Part shown: positions 29,794 through 39,138 of the stretch, in pieces | How positions within the stretch are numbered: the first letter of the stretch is position 1 | How the letters are laid out: every line of letters begins with the position of its first letter | From: Acetobacteraceae bacterium | GTDB lineage: Bacteria > Pseudomonadota > Alphaproteobacteria > Acetobacterales > Acetobacteraceae | DNA length: 64,000 nt | NCBI GenBank assembly: GCA_965260935.1 | Contig: OZ253374.1 | Location: 3,608,755-3,672,754 of the forward strand | Direction: 5' to 3' | The notes under the pieces: generated by a model | Told to the model about the DNA's origin: nothing | The model's input: only the letters and a program-made list of their open reading frames with translations | Database searches by the model: none | Program-made: the position numbers and the translations under genes

Positions 29794-30030
29794 CCGCCAC
29801 CGCCGGAAGCGCATCATGCCCCAGGCGACTGCGGCTGCGATGATGACGACCGGCAGGATCAGCGACACGAACCAAAGGGCAAGAGCCGCGATCGCGAGGC
29901 AAGCTCCCAGTACCGCCACGACGGCGGCGCTTACCATGACCTTCGTCGTGAACGGCGTCTGCGGTGGACGCCGCTCGCTGCCGAACGTGCCATCGGGGAG
30001 CATGTCGATCGTGGGCGGCATACGTGTCAT
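29740..30030 (-). CDS. Small two-TM membrane protein, hypothetical
   Basis: The 96 aa from MTRMPPTIDML include VMVSAAVVAVLGACLAIAALALWFVSLILPVVIIAAAVAWGMM. Third-position GC is high. The 3' end overlaps the LLM gene by 54 nt. Confidence 0.5.
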   Translation of the reverse strand: MTRMPPTIDMLPDGTFGSERRPPQTPFTTKVMVSAAVVAVLGACLAIAALALWFVSLILPVVIIAAAVAWGMMRFRRWRSGRSQTDPARRYPDRFR

Positions 30031-30130
30031 GGGATGAACGTGGCCCGGGATGATTGCTCCTTCAAGCCCATTGATCCGGCGGCAGCAATCGGAGTTTGAT
30101 GGGCGAAGCGTTGGTGGGAAACGGACACCG

Positions 30131-30616
30131 ATGAAGCAAGCAAGAAGCAAAACGCAAAAGCCCCGGCCCCGACGGACGCCCGCGATCCTGCTGGTCCTGT
30201 TATTCTCGGCCCCAGCCGTTGCTGAGACCCATCATGTGACGATCCGCAACGGCGCCGACGAGACGATCCGGTCCGTGGCAATGGCCACGGCCGGGTCTGG
30301 CCGGGTTGGGGCGAACCGCCTGTCCTCGCGGCGTCTGCCGCCGGGCGCCGTCGCGCGCATCGCATACAGCCAAGGCTGCATGGCCGACATCCAGATCGGT
30401 TACGCGAGCGGGAAAATCGAGAACCACCCCGGCGTCGAAGTCTGCTCGGACCCGCGCATCACAACCGGCAACGGCGTCGCCATGAGGCCAAGCAATCCCA
30501 TCGCGGCCAAAGCCGGGCCGGCCGCCCCGGAACCGGCCTTCGCCAAACCGCCGCTGCCGTCCGTCCCTCCCTGGACCGGAAAAAGCATCACCAAACGGTT
30601 CGGCGGCATGGACTGA
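30131..30616 (+). CDS. Secreted hypothetical protein
   Basis: MKQARSKTQKPRPRRTPAILLVLLFSAPAVAETHH... is a signal peptide. A roughly 100-aa domain and a Pro/Ala-rich tail follow. I recognise no family. Confidence 0.5.
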   Translation: MKQARSKTQKPRPRRTPAILLVLLFSAPAVAETHHVTIRNGADETIRSVAMATAGSGRVGANRLSSRRLPPGAVARIAYSQGCMADIQIGYASGKIENHPGVEVCSDPRITTGNGVAMRPSNPIAAKAGPAAPEPAFAKPPLPSVPPWTGKSITKRFGGMD

Positions 30617-30790
30617 CTGTTCAACCGTCGGGAAACGGGCGCCGGTGGCGTCCTCGCCCTGCCGCGAGACGTTTCCAACCGGCCCTCGCTTAACGTCAAG
30701 CCCGCCCCCGGCCGGAACGGCGCGGCCCGGTTGCCGTCCCGGCTCGGGCGCAGGCCGTCGCCTGCGCGCAACCCGGTTTCCGCGGCAGCG

Positions 30791-31063
30791 ATGACGTTTG
30801 ATGAACAAAGGGAACGTTGTCGCCTCGTCGGCGGGACAACCCTTCCGGCGCAAACCACGGCGTCGGACGCGAAAGCGTTCAGAAACGCCGACCCTGACGG
30901 CAACGTCAGGACCGGCGCTGAGGAGTGGTCCAGCATGACCCGCGAGAGCTTCCACGCCGCCGATCCCGGCCGCGACGGCTCGCGTTCGGTCGGCAAGGTC
31001 GAAACCCCTGCCGGCAAAAAGCATCGACAGCAATGGTCAGGCGCGAAACCGGCGCGGGGCTGA
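30791..31063 (+). CDS. Possible small protein with two degenerate EF-hand-like loops
   Basis: NADPDGNVRTGAEEW and AADPGRDGSRSVGKVE resemble Ca-binding loops, but both deviate from the consensus. Third-position GC is high. There is no signal peptide, and start and frame integrity are uncertain. Confidence 0.3.
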   Translation: MTFDEQRERCRLVGGTTLPAQTTASDAKAFRNADPDGNVRTGAEEWSSMTRESFHAADPGRDGSRSVGKVETPAGKKHRQQWSGAKPARG

Positions 31064-31109
31064 AACGCCGCCCTGGCCTTCCCGCCGGCCGCCATCTAAG
31101 TTTCTCGAC

Positions 31110-32123
31110 ATGCCGACCCGCCGCACCCTCCTGGCCGCCGCCCTGCTCGCCCCGGCCATGGCGTCGCCCGCCCGCGCGCAAACGCGAACGGTGCGGATCG
31201 GGCAGGCATCGGACGCCGTCAGCTTCCTGCCCCTCGCCGCCGCCCGCGCGCTCAACAGCTTCGAGCCGCAAGGGCTTGACCTCGCCTGGGCCGACACCGG
31301 CGGCGACCCGGCCTGCCTCGCAGCCCTTGACAGCGGCGACATCGACCTGGCCGCGGTCGGCGCCGAAACCCTGCTGGACGCCGTCGGCAAGGGGCAGCCG
31401 TTCCAGATGGCGTTCGCCCTGATGTCCAAAGCCGCCTTGCAGCTCGTCGTCAGCAACGCCGTGATCGAGCGCACCGGCGTATCGCCGGAGGACGACCCGC
31501 TGCCGAAGCGCCTGGAAACGCTGAAAGGCGTCACGGTCGGCGTAAGCGCCAGCGGCGGCACGCAGGACCGCGCCGCCCGCTGGCTCGCGCGCCAAGCCGG
31601 GCTGGACCCGCGCACGGACGTGCATATCGTCCAAATCGGCCCGCCGTCCGCGATCCAGGCCGCCCTCGATGCCGGGCGCATCGATGGCTACGTCCTGTCC
31701 CCACCCGCGGGGCTGATCACCGAGGACGCGCGCACCGGCCGCGTGCTGGTTCGGATGGGCGACGAGTTCCCCGAACTGGAAAAGCTCCCCTCTCTCGTTC
31801 TCGCCGCGAAGACGCCGGTCAGCGACGCGCGCCGCGACGTACTGGTCAAGACCTGCAAATCGCTTCAGGACGCCTGCGCGGAGGTGCTGGCCAACCCGGC
31901 CAAGGCCGCCGGGCGCATCCAGGCCGCGCTCTATCCCAAGCTCAAGCCGGAGGTGATGCAGTCGGCGGTCCTAAGCCTCAAATCCGGCATCCAGCCCCGC
32001 GGACGCTTCGACCCGGCCGGCATCAACGACCTGATCGCCTTCGCCGGCGATGCCGCGAAAGGGGCCGATCCGGCAGAGGGCAAGCTCTGGACCAACGCGT
32101 ATTGGAGCGAAGCCGCGAAATGA
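31110..32123 (+). CDS. ABC-transporter substrate-binding protein, NMT1/SsuA/TauA-like, Tat signal
   Basis: [24 protein letters not shown] is followed by a periplasmic-binding-fold pattern ([16 protein letters not shown]...[10 protein letters not shown]...[14 protein letters not shown]). No permease or ATPase gene is adjacent. Confidence 0.65.
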   Translation: MPTRRTLLAAALLAPAMASPARAQTRTVRIGQASDAVSFLPLAAARALNSFEPQGLDLAWADTGGDPACLAALDSGDIDLAAVGAETLLDAVGKGQPFQMAFALMSKAALQLVVSNAVIERTGVSPEDDPLPKRLETLKGVTVGVSASGGTQDRAARWLARQAGLDPRTDVHIVQIGPPSAIQAALDAGRIDGYVLSPPAGLITEDARTGRVLVRMGDEFPELEKLPSLVLAAKTPVSDARRDVLVKTCKSLQDACAEVLANPAKAAGRIQAALYPKLKPEVMQSAVLSLKSGIQPRGRFDPAGINDLIAFAGDAAKGADPAEGKLWTNAYWSEAAK

Positions 32124-32163
32124 CGCGGCTCGCGGCCAGTGCCCGGATGCACACGGCCCCGGC

Positions 32164-32191
32164 AAGCCCGGCCGAGGCTTGGGCCGGGCTT
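32164..32191 (+). terminator. GC-rich hairpin downstream of the binding-protein gene
   Basis: AAGCCCGGCC-gaggcttg-GGCCGGGCTT is a perfect 10-bp stem followed by TCCC. The U tract is weak. Confidence 0.4.
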
Positions 32192-32253
32192 TCCCGGCAG
32201 GCCACGGAACGCTCCGCGTGCCCGGCCGCGAGCCCCGGCGCCGAGACAGGCGC

Positions 32254-33219
32254 ATGACCCAGCTCCCGCCAGCCCTCGCCGACGCCTTCATCCCCGAGCT
32301 TCCCGGCCACACCAGCGGCAAGGTGCGCGAGAACTACGACCTGCCGGACGGAAGGCGAATCCTCATCGCCACCGACCGCCTGAGCGCCTTCGACGCCATC
32401 CTCGCCAGCATCCCCTGCAAAGGCCAAATCCTCACCGCCACCGCGCGGCACTGGTTCGAGCGCACCGCCGACATCTGCCCGAACTGGGTGGACGGATACC
32501 CCGACCCGAACGCCGTCATCGGCCGCCGCCTCGCCATCCTGCCGGTCGAGGTCGTCGTGCGCGGCTACCTGGCCGGAACCACCAGCACCTCCATCCTCAC
32601 CCAATACCAAGCCGGCCAGCGGACGCTCTACGGGCACGCGTTCCCCGACGGGCTACGGCCCAACCAGCGTCTCCCGCAACCCATTATCACCCCCACCAGC
32701 AAGGCCGGAGCCGGCGCCCACGATGCGCCGCTCACCGAGGCCGAGATCATTACCCGCAATCTATTGACAAAACGTCAATTGGAGCAGGTCTCCGCCTACG
32801 CGCTCGCCTTGTTCGCGCGAGGCCAGGCGCTCGCAGGGGAGCGCGGCCTGATCCTGGCGGACACCAAATATGAGTTCGGCATCGACGCCGGCGGCCAGAT
32901 CGTCCTCGCCGACGAGATCCACACCCCCGACAGCAGCCGCTACTGGCGCGCGGACAGCTATGCCCGGCGCTTCGAAGCCGGCGAGCGGCCAGAACCGTTC
33001 GACAAGGACTTCGTGCGCAACTGGGTTTCCGCTCGCTGCGACCCCTACCACGACCCGATCCCCGAGATCCCCGAAGACCTGGTCCGCCGAACCGCCCGGG
33101 TCTACATCGACGCTTACGAGACGATCACCGGCGCCGGATTCCATCCCGCCGACCCGTCCGAGCCGGTCCTCCCCCGCATTCGCCGCAACCTCGCCCCCTA
33201 CTTCGCTGCCTCCGCCTGA
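32254..33219 (+). CDS. purC: Phosphoribosylaminoimidazole-succinocarboxamide synthase (long form)
   Basis: [30 protein letters not shown]...[11 protein letters not shown]...[15 protein letters not shown]...[10 protein letters not shown]...[14 protein letters not shown]. Confidence 0.88.
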   Translation: MTQLPPALADAFIPELPGHTSGKVRENYDLPDGRRILIATDRLSAFDAILASIPCKGQILTATARHWFERTADICPNWVDGYPDPNAVIGRRLAILPVEVVVRGYLAGTTSTSILTQYQAGQRTLYGHAFPDGLRPNQRLPQPIITPTSKAGAGAHDAPLTEAEIITRNLLTKRQLEQVSAYALALFARGQALAGERGLILADTKYEFGIDAGGQIVLADEIHTPDSSRYWRADSYARRFEAGERPEPFDKDFVRNWVSARCDPYHDPIPEIPEDLVRRTARVYIDAYETITGAGFHPADPSEPVLPRIRRNLAPYFAASA

Positions 33220-33228
33220 GAACCCCCG

Positions 33229-34242
33229 ATGCCCCACCCCATGCCGCCCGTCTACATCGATTTCCTCAACCGCTTCGACGTCGAGGACCTGCATCTGACC
33301 GACGACGAGATCATCGCCGCCATTGAGTCGGCGCTCGCTCTGCAAGGCCAAGGCCAGACCGTGATCGAACCCCGCGTCTTCCTCGAGCCCGGCGCGGCCC
33401 GCGGCCACTTCAACGTGCTCCGTGGCGCGATCGGCGCAGGCACCAACCGCGCCGGCGTCAAGGTCGTCGGCGACTTCGTCGACAACTACCAGCACGGCTA
33501 CCCGAGCGAACTCGCCACCCTCCTGCTGCTGGACCCCGAGATCGGCGCCCCCCGGGCCATCATCGAGGCCTCCGGCATCACCGACATGCGCACCGGCGCC
33601 GTCACCGCCGTGGGCGCCAAACACCTTGCCCGCAAGAACAGCCGCGTCCTCGGCCACATCGGCGCACGCGGCTCCAGCTACTGGAACGTCCGCCTGCTCG
33701 ACAGCCTGTTCCACTTCGACGAGATCCGCGTCCATTCCCGCCGCCCCGAGAGCCGCAACGCCTTCGCCGAACGGCTGACCGCCGACCTCGGCAAGCCCAT
33801 CGTCGCCACCGCGGATTGGCAATCCGCCATCGAAGGCGCGGACATCGTGGTCGAAGCCTCCCGCCTGGTCGCCCCCGAACCCCTCCTGCGCACGGCCTGG
33901 ATCAAGCCCGGCGCGCTCGTCATGCCCTACGGCACCCAGAGCGCGGTCGAACTCGACCTCACCGACATCATGGACAAGCTGGTCGTCGACGACTGGGGCC
34001 AGTGCCGGGCCGGCAAGTGGGGCGCGCTGCGCCAGCACGTCGAGGCCGGCAAGCTCAGCGAGCAAACATTGCACGCCGAAATGGGCCAGATCGTCGCCGA
34101 ACTGAAGCCGGGCCGCGAAACGGACGCGGAGACGATCCTGTTCTGGCACCGCGGCCTGTCGCTGTCCGACATCGCCCTGGGCCACGCCATGCTGGAGAAG
34201 GCCCGCCGCCTCGGCATCGGCCAGCGCCTGCGGTTCTGCTGA
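33229..34242 (+). CDS. Ornithine cyclodeaminase/mu-crystallin family protein
   Basis: 337 aa: ...ITDMRTGAVTAVGAKHLARKNSRVLGHIGARGSSYWNVRLL..., a Rossmann GxGxxS-like motif in the OCD_Mu_crystall layout. Confidence 0.75.
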   Translation: MPHPMPPVYIDFLNRFDVEDLHLTDDEIIAAIESALALQGQGQTVIEPRVFLEPGAARGHFNVLRGAIGAGTNRAGVKVVGDFVDNYQHGYPSELATLLLLDPEIGAPRAIIEASGITDMRTGAVTAVGAKHLARKNSRVLGHIGARGSSYWNVRLLDSLFHFDEIRVHSRRPESRNAFAERLTADLGKPIVATADWQSAIEGADIVVEASRLVAPEPLLRTAWIKPGALVMPYGTQSAVELDLTDIMDKLVVDDWGQCRAGKWGALRQHVEAGKLSEQTLHAEMGQIVAELKPGRETDAETILFWHRGLSLSDIALGHAMLEKARRLGIGQRLRFC

Positions 34243-34392
34243 CCGGCCCATCGGTCACAAATTCAGGAGCCGTCCAGAATCTTGGAGGAACGTCTGGATT
34301 TTTCGACGGTTCTACATCTTGCGTTAACCGAACGAACCGAAACTGACGCTCGAAGCTGACCAGGCCCTGGTCGGCAAGTTCGGAGCGTAGGG

Positions 34393-37300
34393 ATGTCAGT
34401 TCTAACGGTCGGCGCGGGTAAGCAATACGCCACGGTCGCATCGGCCGTCGCCGCAACCCAGGACGGCGACACCGTGCTCGTCGATGCCGGAACCTATACC
34501 AACGACTTCTTCACCACCTTCCACGACATCACCCTGCAATCGGTCGGCGGCCTCGCCATCCTGAGCGCAACCGAATCGCCTCCCAACGGCAAGGCGATCA
34601 TCACCACTGAGAACTCCATCACCATCGACGGCTTCGGCTTCACCGGCGCCGCGGTGGGCGACGCCAACGGCGCAGGCATCCGCTACGAGGCGGGAAACAT
34701 GGTGGTCCGCAACAGCGTGTTCTGGAACAACCAGGACGGCATCCTCGGCAACGCCGTGAGCGGCGGGACCATCCTGATCCAGAACTCCGAGTTCAGCCAT
34801 AACGGCGCGGGCGACGGCTACAGCCACAACATCTACATCGGCGCCATCGCCTCGCTCACGGTCGAGGACAGCTATTTCCACGACTCCGTCGTCGGCCACG
34901 AGATCAAGAGCCGCGCCCTCAACACCACCATCACCAACAACCGCATCCAGGACAATGCCGGCACCGGCAGCTACAGCATCGACCTGCCCAACGGCGGCAA
35001 CGCGGTCATAAAGGGCAACGTCATCGAGAAGGGCGCCAACGCCGAAAACTACTACTCCATCCATTTCGGCGGCGAAGGCCCGCCCTACGACGGCTCAAGC
35101 CTCCGGATCGACGGCAACACCCTCGTCAACGACAACGCCAATGGCCGCCTCGTGCTCAACCAGGCCGGCAGCCCGGTCACCCTGTCCAACAACCAGATCT
35201 GGGGATACGCGCCGGAAACGCTCACGACCGGTCCGATCACGCAGCAAGGCAATGCCACGCTGGCCGCCCGCCCCGCGCTCGACCTGTCATCGATGGCGCC
35301 CGCCATCTCCGTGGACGCAGAGCCCAAGCCGGTGCAGGCCGACCCGCCCCCCGGCGCGCACCTGCAAACCTGGGGCGAGCAGGGCGCGGTCGCGGCCAGC
35401 GGCCATGTGCTGACGGTCGGCAACGGCGGCCAGTTCGCCACCCTCGCCCAGGCCCTCGCCGCTTCGCAGGACGGCGACACTATCCAGGTCGCCGCCGGAA
35501 CCTACGTCAACGACTTCGCCACCGTGGACCACAAGGTCATCATCGAGGGCGTGGGCGGCATGGCCCGTTTCGTCCAGCAGAACCAGCTTTGGGCGCCGAA
35601 CGGTATGCTCACGGTCAACGCCGACGCCACCTTGCGCAACCTCGAGTTCTCCGGCGCCACGAACTATTCGGGCCACGAGGGCGGCGTGTTCATAGCCGCC
35701 GGCAACGTCACGATCACGAACAGCTACTTCCACGGCAACGACATCGGCATCCGCACTGCCGACAACCCCGACGCGACGCTTTCGATCTACAACACCGAAG
35801 CCGGCGACAACGGCAACGTGAACAAGGGCACTCATAACGTCAGCATCGGCGCGATCGGCAGCCTGACGGTCAAGAACAGCTACATCCATGGCGCGATGAG
35901 CGGCCACGAGCTCGCCTCCAACGCCTTCTTCACCAATATCGAGGACAGCCGCATCATCGACGGCGCAGGCGTGCCATCGAGCTTCCTCATCAACCTCGGG
36001 CGGGGCGGCGACGCCATCATCCGCAACAACGTGCTGGAGAAAGGCCCGGACAGCGTCAACGGCATCCTGGTCCACGTCGGCAACGAAGGCCCGACCTACA
36101 GCAACAGCCACGTCGAGGTGACCGGCAACACCCTCGTCAGCAGCCTGCAGAACCAGTGGCACCCGTACACCTTCTTCGTCGTCGGCGACAACGGCAACTT
36201 CCCCCTCGCCCCGATCAACGTCAGCAACAACACCTTCGTCGGCGGCGTGCCCGGCAGCGCCCAGGTCATCAACGCCACAGGGTCCGGCAACAGCACAGCA
36301 ACCCATGCCGCCATCGACACCAGCGCCCCATGGTCCGCCTCCCTCGCCCCGGCCGCCTCGGTCGCGCCGCCCTGGGGACCCAACACCCTGACGCTGAGCC
36401 TGGCCGGCGTCGCCGGAGTATTCGCCCCGCAATTCAACGTCTCGGTCGACGGCGTCGTCCTCGGCGGCGGCGTCGTGACAGCGGACCAGGCCGCGGACGG
36501 GCGGCAGGACTTCAGCTTCATGGGCGCGTGGGGCGCAGGCGCGCATGTCGTGACGGTCGGCATCACCAACCTGCAAACACGGAACGCGGCAGGCTCGAAC
36601 GCGATCTACATCAAGGGCATCACCCTTGACGCCTCGTCCATGCCGCTCGACTACGCCCTGAACGGATGGGTTCCGAGCCTCGCGGTCACGTTACAAGGCA
36701 CTGGCTACGACGCCGCCTACGTCGAGGCGCACAGGCCGTCCGCGGTCGTCATCCCGGCGGACACGCGCGCGGCGGCCGTCGAAGCCCAGCCGGTCCAGGC
36801 CGAGACGACGCCTGCCCCTGCCATCGCAGAAGTCGCTAAGCCCGTGACGCAGCCCGCGCCCGAGCCGGCCAAACCCGCCGACACCCCTCCGGCCACCACG
36901 CCGACGCCCGTCGCCGCCAAACCGAATTTCCTCGTCGTGAACGGCAGCACCACGCTCGCCAGCAGCGCGCAAGGCGACCTCTACGCCGGCCCGTTCGCAG
37001 GCCTACAGCACCAGCTCATCAGCGTGACCCCCGACAACCTGGCCATCGCCGCCGCCAGCCCGAATTCCTTCATCGTCACCGGCAGCGGCAACGACGCCAT
37101 CGACGTGAGCGGCGTCGGCGGCAACAACGTGCTCGACGGCGGCGCAGGATCCAACTTCCTGGTCGGCGGCGCCGGCAACGACACGTTCTTTCTCGACGCC
37201 CGCAACGCGGCCTCGCCCATCTGGAGCACGGTCGCCAACTTCCACGGCGGCGACGCGGCAACCCTTTGGGGACTGACGCCCGACGACTTCGCCCTGCAAT

Positions 37301-37500
37301 GGCACAACGGCCAGGGAGCGGCCGGGCACGAAGGCCTCACGCTCGCGGCAACGGCACCGGGCCGGCCCAGCGTCAACCTGACCCTGGCCGACTACACGAC
37401 AGCCGACCTCAACAACGGGCGGCTCAGCATGGTGTTCGGCGCAAGCCCCGACCTGCCCGGCAACCCCGGCAGCCCCTACCTCTACATCCACGCGAACTAA
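34393..37500 (+). CDS. Large secreted protein: two tandem right-handed beta-helix modules, a beta-sandwich-like module, a Pro/Ala/Thr linker and an RTX-type Ca-binding C-terminus
   Basis: 1035 aa. Module 1 is aa 3-272 (VLTVGAGKQYATVASAVAATQDGDTVLVDAGTYTNDF...GHEIKSR...). Its paralogue, module 2, is aa 339-618 (VLTVGNGGQFATLAQALAASQDGDTIQVAAGTYVNDF...GHELASN...). The linker is aa ~795-845. The nonapeptide-like run is GSGNDAIDVSGVGGNNVLDGGAGSNFLVGGAGNDTFFLD (aa 897-935). There is no N-terminal signal peptide. Confidence 0.8.
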   Translation: MSVLTVGAGKQYATVASAVAATQDGDTVLVDAGTYTNDFFTTFHDITLQSVGGLAILSATESPPNGKAIITTENSITIDGFGFTGAAVGDANGAGIRYEAGNMVVRNSVFWNNQDGILGNAVSGGTILIQNSEFSHNGAGDGYSHNIYIGAIASLTVEDSYFHDSVVGHEIKSRALNTTITNNRIQDNAGTGSYSIDLPNGGNAVIKGNVIEKGANAENYYSIHFGGEGPPYDGSSLRIDGNTLVNDNANGRLVLNQAGSPVTLSNNQIWGYAPETLTTGPITQQGNATLAARPALDLSSMAPAISVDAEPKPVQADPPPGAHLQTWGEQGAVAASGHVLTVGNGGQFATLAQALAASQDGDTIQVAAGTYVNDFATVDHKVIIEGVGGMARFVQQNQLWAPNGMLTVNADATLRNLEFSGATNYSGHEGGVFIAAGNVTITNSYFHGNDIGIRTADNPDATLSIYNTEAGDNGNVNKGTHNVSIGAIGSLTVKNSYIHGAMSGHELASNAFFTNIEDSRIIDGAGVPSSFLINLGRGGDAIIRNNVLEKGPDSVNGILVHVGNEGPTYSNSHVEVTGNTLVSSLQNQWHPYTFFVVGDNGNFPLAPINVSNNTFVGGVPGSAQVINATGSGNSTATHAAIDTSAPWSASLAPAASVAPPWGPNTLTLSLAGVAGVFAPQFNVSVDGVVLGGGVVTADQAADGRQDFSFMGAWGAGAHVVTVGITNLQTRNAAGSNAIYIKGITLDASSMPLDYALNGWVPSLAVTLQGTGYDAAYVEAHRPSAVVIPADTRAAAVEAQPVQAETTPAPAIAEVAKPVTQPAPEPAKPADTPPATTPTPVAAKPNFLVVNGSTTLASSAQGDLYAGPFAGLQHQLISVTPDNLAIAAASPNSFIVTGSGNDAIDVSGVGGNNVLDGGAGSNFLVGGAGNDTFFLDARNAASPIWSTVANFHGGDAATLWGLTPDDFALQWHNGQGAAGHEGLTLAATAPGRPSVNLTLADYTTADLNNGRLSMVFGASPDLPGNPGSPYLYIHAN

Positions 37501-39089
37501 GGCAGGGTCAGGATGCTGAGCCGAACCCAACGCCCGCGGGAGTAGTTGAACCCGCTTACCTCCGCCCGCGTGCGCAGCGCCAGTCCGAGCCTCGCCGCAT
37601 CGGCCTCCACCGCGGGCAGGTCCCGCCGGCCGACGACGAGCGCGCTGACGCTGCGGTCGGCCAGGTCCGCCACCCCCTCGTCCGGGCGCAGCCACAACGT
37701 CCCGGTCCCGGCCAGGAACATGAGGCTGGGTTCGGCAAAGCCCACCGCCCCAGCCCGGCCCGGCGGCAGCGCCGCCACGACCCGGGGCGCGATCCACAAC
37801 GGCTCTAACCGTGGCAACTCGAACCCCAGCACCGACGCGTAAAGCAACGGCGCGCAGACCACCGCGGCCACCGCCCCCCGCGCGCGCCCCGCGCGTACCG
37901 CCTGCCAGCCGACGAACCCGGCCGCCAACGCCGCCGGAACGCCGAGCCAGAACGGCTCGCCAAGCGCCAACGGCAAGGCAACCGACGCCGCCAGCAGGAA
38001 CGCCGCCCCCACCGCCGCCAGCGCCGGCCCGATCCACCGCCACCCGGCCTCCCGCGCCCGCAGCGCCGCAACCGCCAGCAGCAGGCAGATTGCCGGATAC
38101 AGCGGCAGGGGATAATGCGGCAGCTTCGTCGGCGTCGCCTCGAACACCAGCCAGGCCGGCACGATCCACGCCAGCAGGAACCGCACCGGCGGCGACCGCC
38201 GCTCCCGCCAAGCCAGAACCGCACCGCCCGGCAGCGCGGCGGACGACGGGAACAGCAGCCACGGCAGCAGCAGCAGGTGCAACCCCGGCGGCCCCCAATG
38301 CGCGTCGTCGCCCGAGGTCAGCTTCCGGCCCAGATCCCCGCCGATGGCGTCGGCGAAGAACGCCCCATGCGTCGCCACCCCGATCGCCACGAACCAAGGC
38401 AACACCACGGCCAGCATCAGGGCCAAGCCCCACCCGGCCCGCAATCGTCCCAGCCAGGCCGCACGCCGGTCCGCCACGAGCAGCGCAACCACCGCCAGCC
38501 CCGCCACCATCGGCGTGATCGGCCCTTTCAGCAGGATGCCCACGCCCATCGCCAGCCAGAACCCGGCCGCCTCCAGCCGCGACAAGCCCGAAGGGTCGAG
38601 ATAAGCCCGGCCAAGCATCGCCATCGCCACGGTCGTCGCCCCCAGCAAGGCCGCGTCGGTCTTGGCGATGTGCGCCTCCACCACGAGCGCGACGCACGCC
38701 GCCAGCATCCCCGCCCCCAGCAGGCCCGCCTGCCGCCCGAACAGCCGCTCGCCGACCGAGAAGCAGGCCAGCACGGCAACCAGCCCGCCCAGGAACGAAG
38801 GCACGCGGTACGGCCAGACAGGGTTCCGCGTCGCCAGCCCAACCGAGCGCGCCGCCGCGGCGAACGGCGCCTGCAACCAGTAAATCCCGATCGGCTTGCG
38901 GTTCCGCGCCTCCTCCCCGTTCATGATCCGCACGTAGTCGCCCGTCTCGATCATCTGCTTGGTCGCCTGCACGAAACGGCTCTCGTCCCGGTCCCCGGGC
39001 GGCAGGCTGAACAGCCCCGGCAACCAGAGCGCCAAGCAAAGCAGCACCAGCAGCAGCCGCGGCCGGGAGGTCTCAAGCACCGATGTCAT
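37497..39089 (-). CDS. Glycosyltransferase family 39 (ArnT/PMT-like, polyprenyl-phosphate-sugar dependent)
   Basis: Polytopic protein: ...LWLPGLFSLPPGDRDESRFVQATKQMIETGDYVRIMNGEEARNRKPIGIYWLQAPF... This loop-1 DE motif context is typical of ArnT-like GT-C enzymes. The start was set at MTSVLET (39089) to avoid overlapping the divergent rsmB. Confidence 0.75.
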   Translation of the reverse strand: MTSVLETSRPRLLLVLLCLALWLPGLFSLPPGDRDESRFVQATKQMIETGDYVRIMNGEEARNRKPIGIYWLQAPFAAAARSVGLATRNPVWPYRVPSFLGGLVAVLACFSVGERLFGRQAGLLGAGMLAACVALVVEAHIAKTDAALLGATTVAMAMLGRAYLDPSGLSRLEAAGFWLAMGVGILLKGPITPMVAGLAVVALLVADRRAAWLGRLRAGWGLALMLAVVLPWFVAIGVATHGAFFADAIGGDLGRKLTSGDDAHWGPPGLHLLLLPWLLFPSSAALPGGAVLAWRERRSPPVRFLLAWIVPAWLVFEATPTKLPHYPLPLYPAICLLLAVAALRAREAGWRWIGPALAAVGAAFLLAASVALPLALGEPFWLGVPAALAAGFVGWQAVRAGRARGAVAAVVCAPLLYASVLGFELPRLEPLWIAPRVVAALPPGRAGAVGFAEPSLMFLAGTGTLWLRPDEGVADLADRSVSALVVGRRDLPAVEADAARLGLALRTRAEVSGFNYSRGRWVRLSILTLP

Positions 39090-39138
39090 CGCCGCGCGCC
39101 CTAGCATGGCCGCCCGATCCGCGCCATGAAGCGCCACC

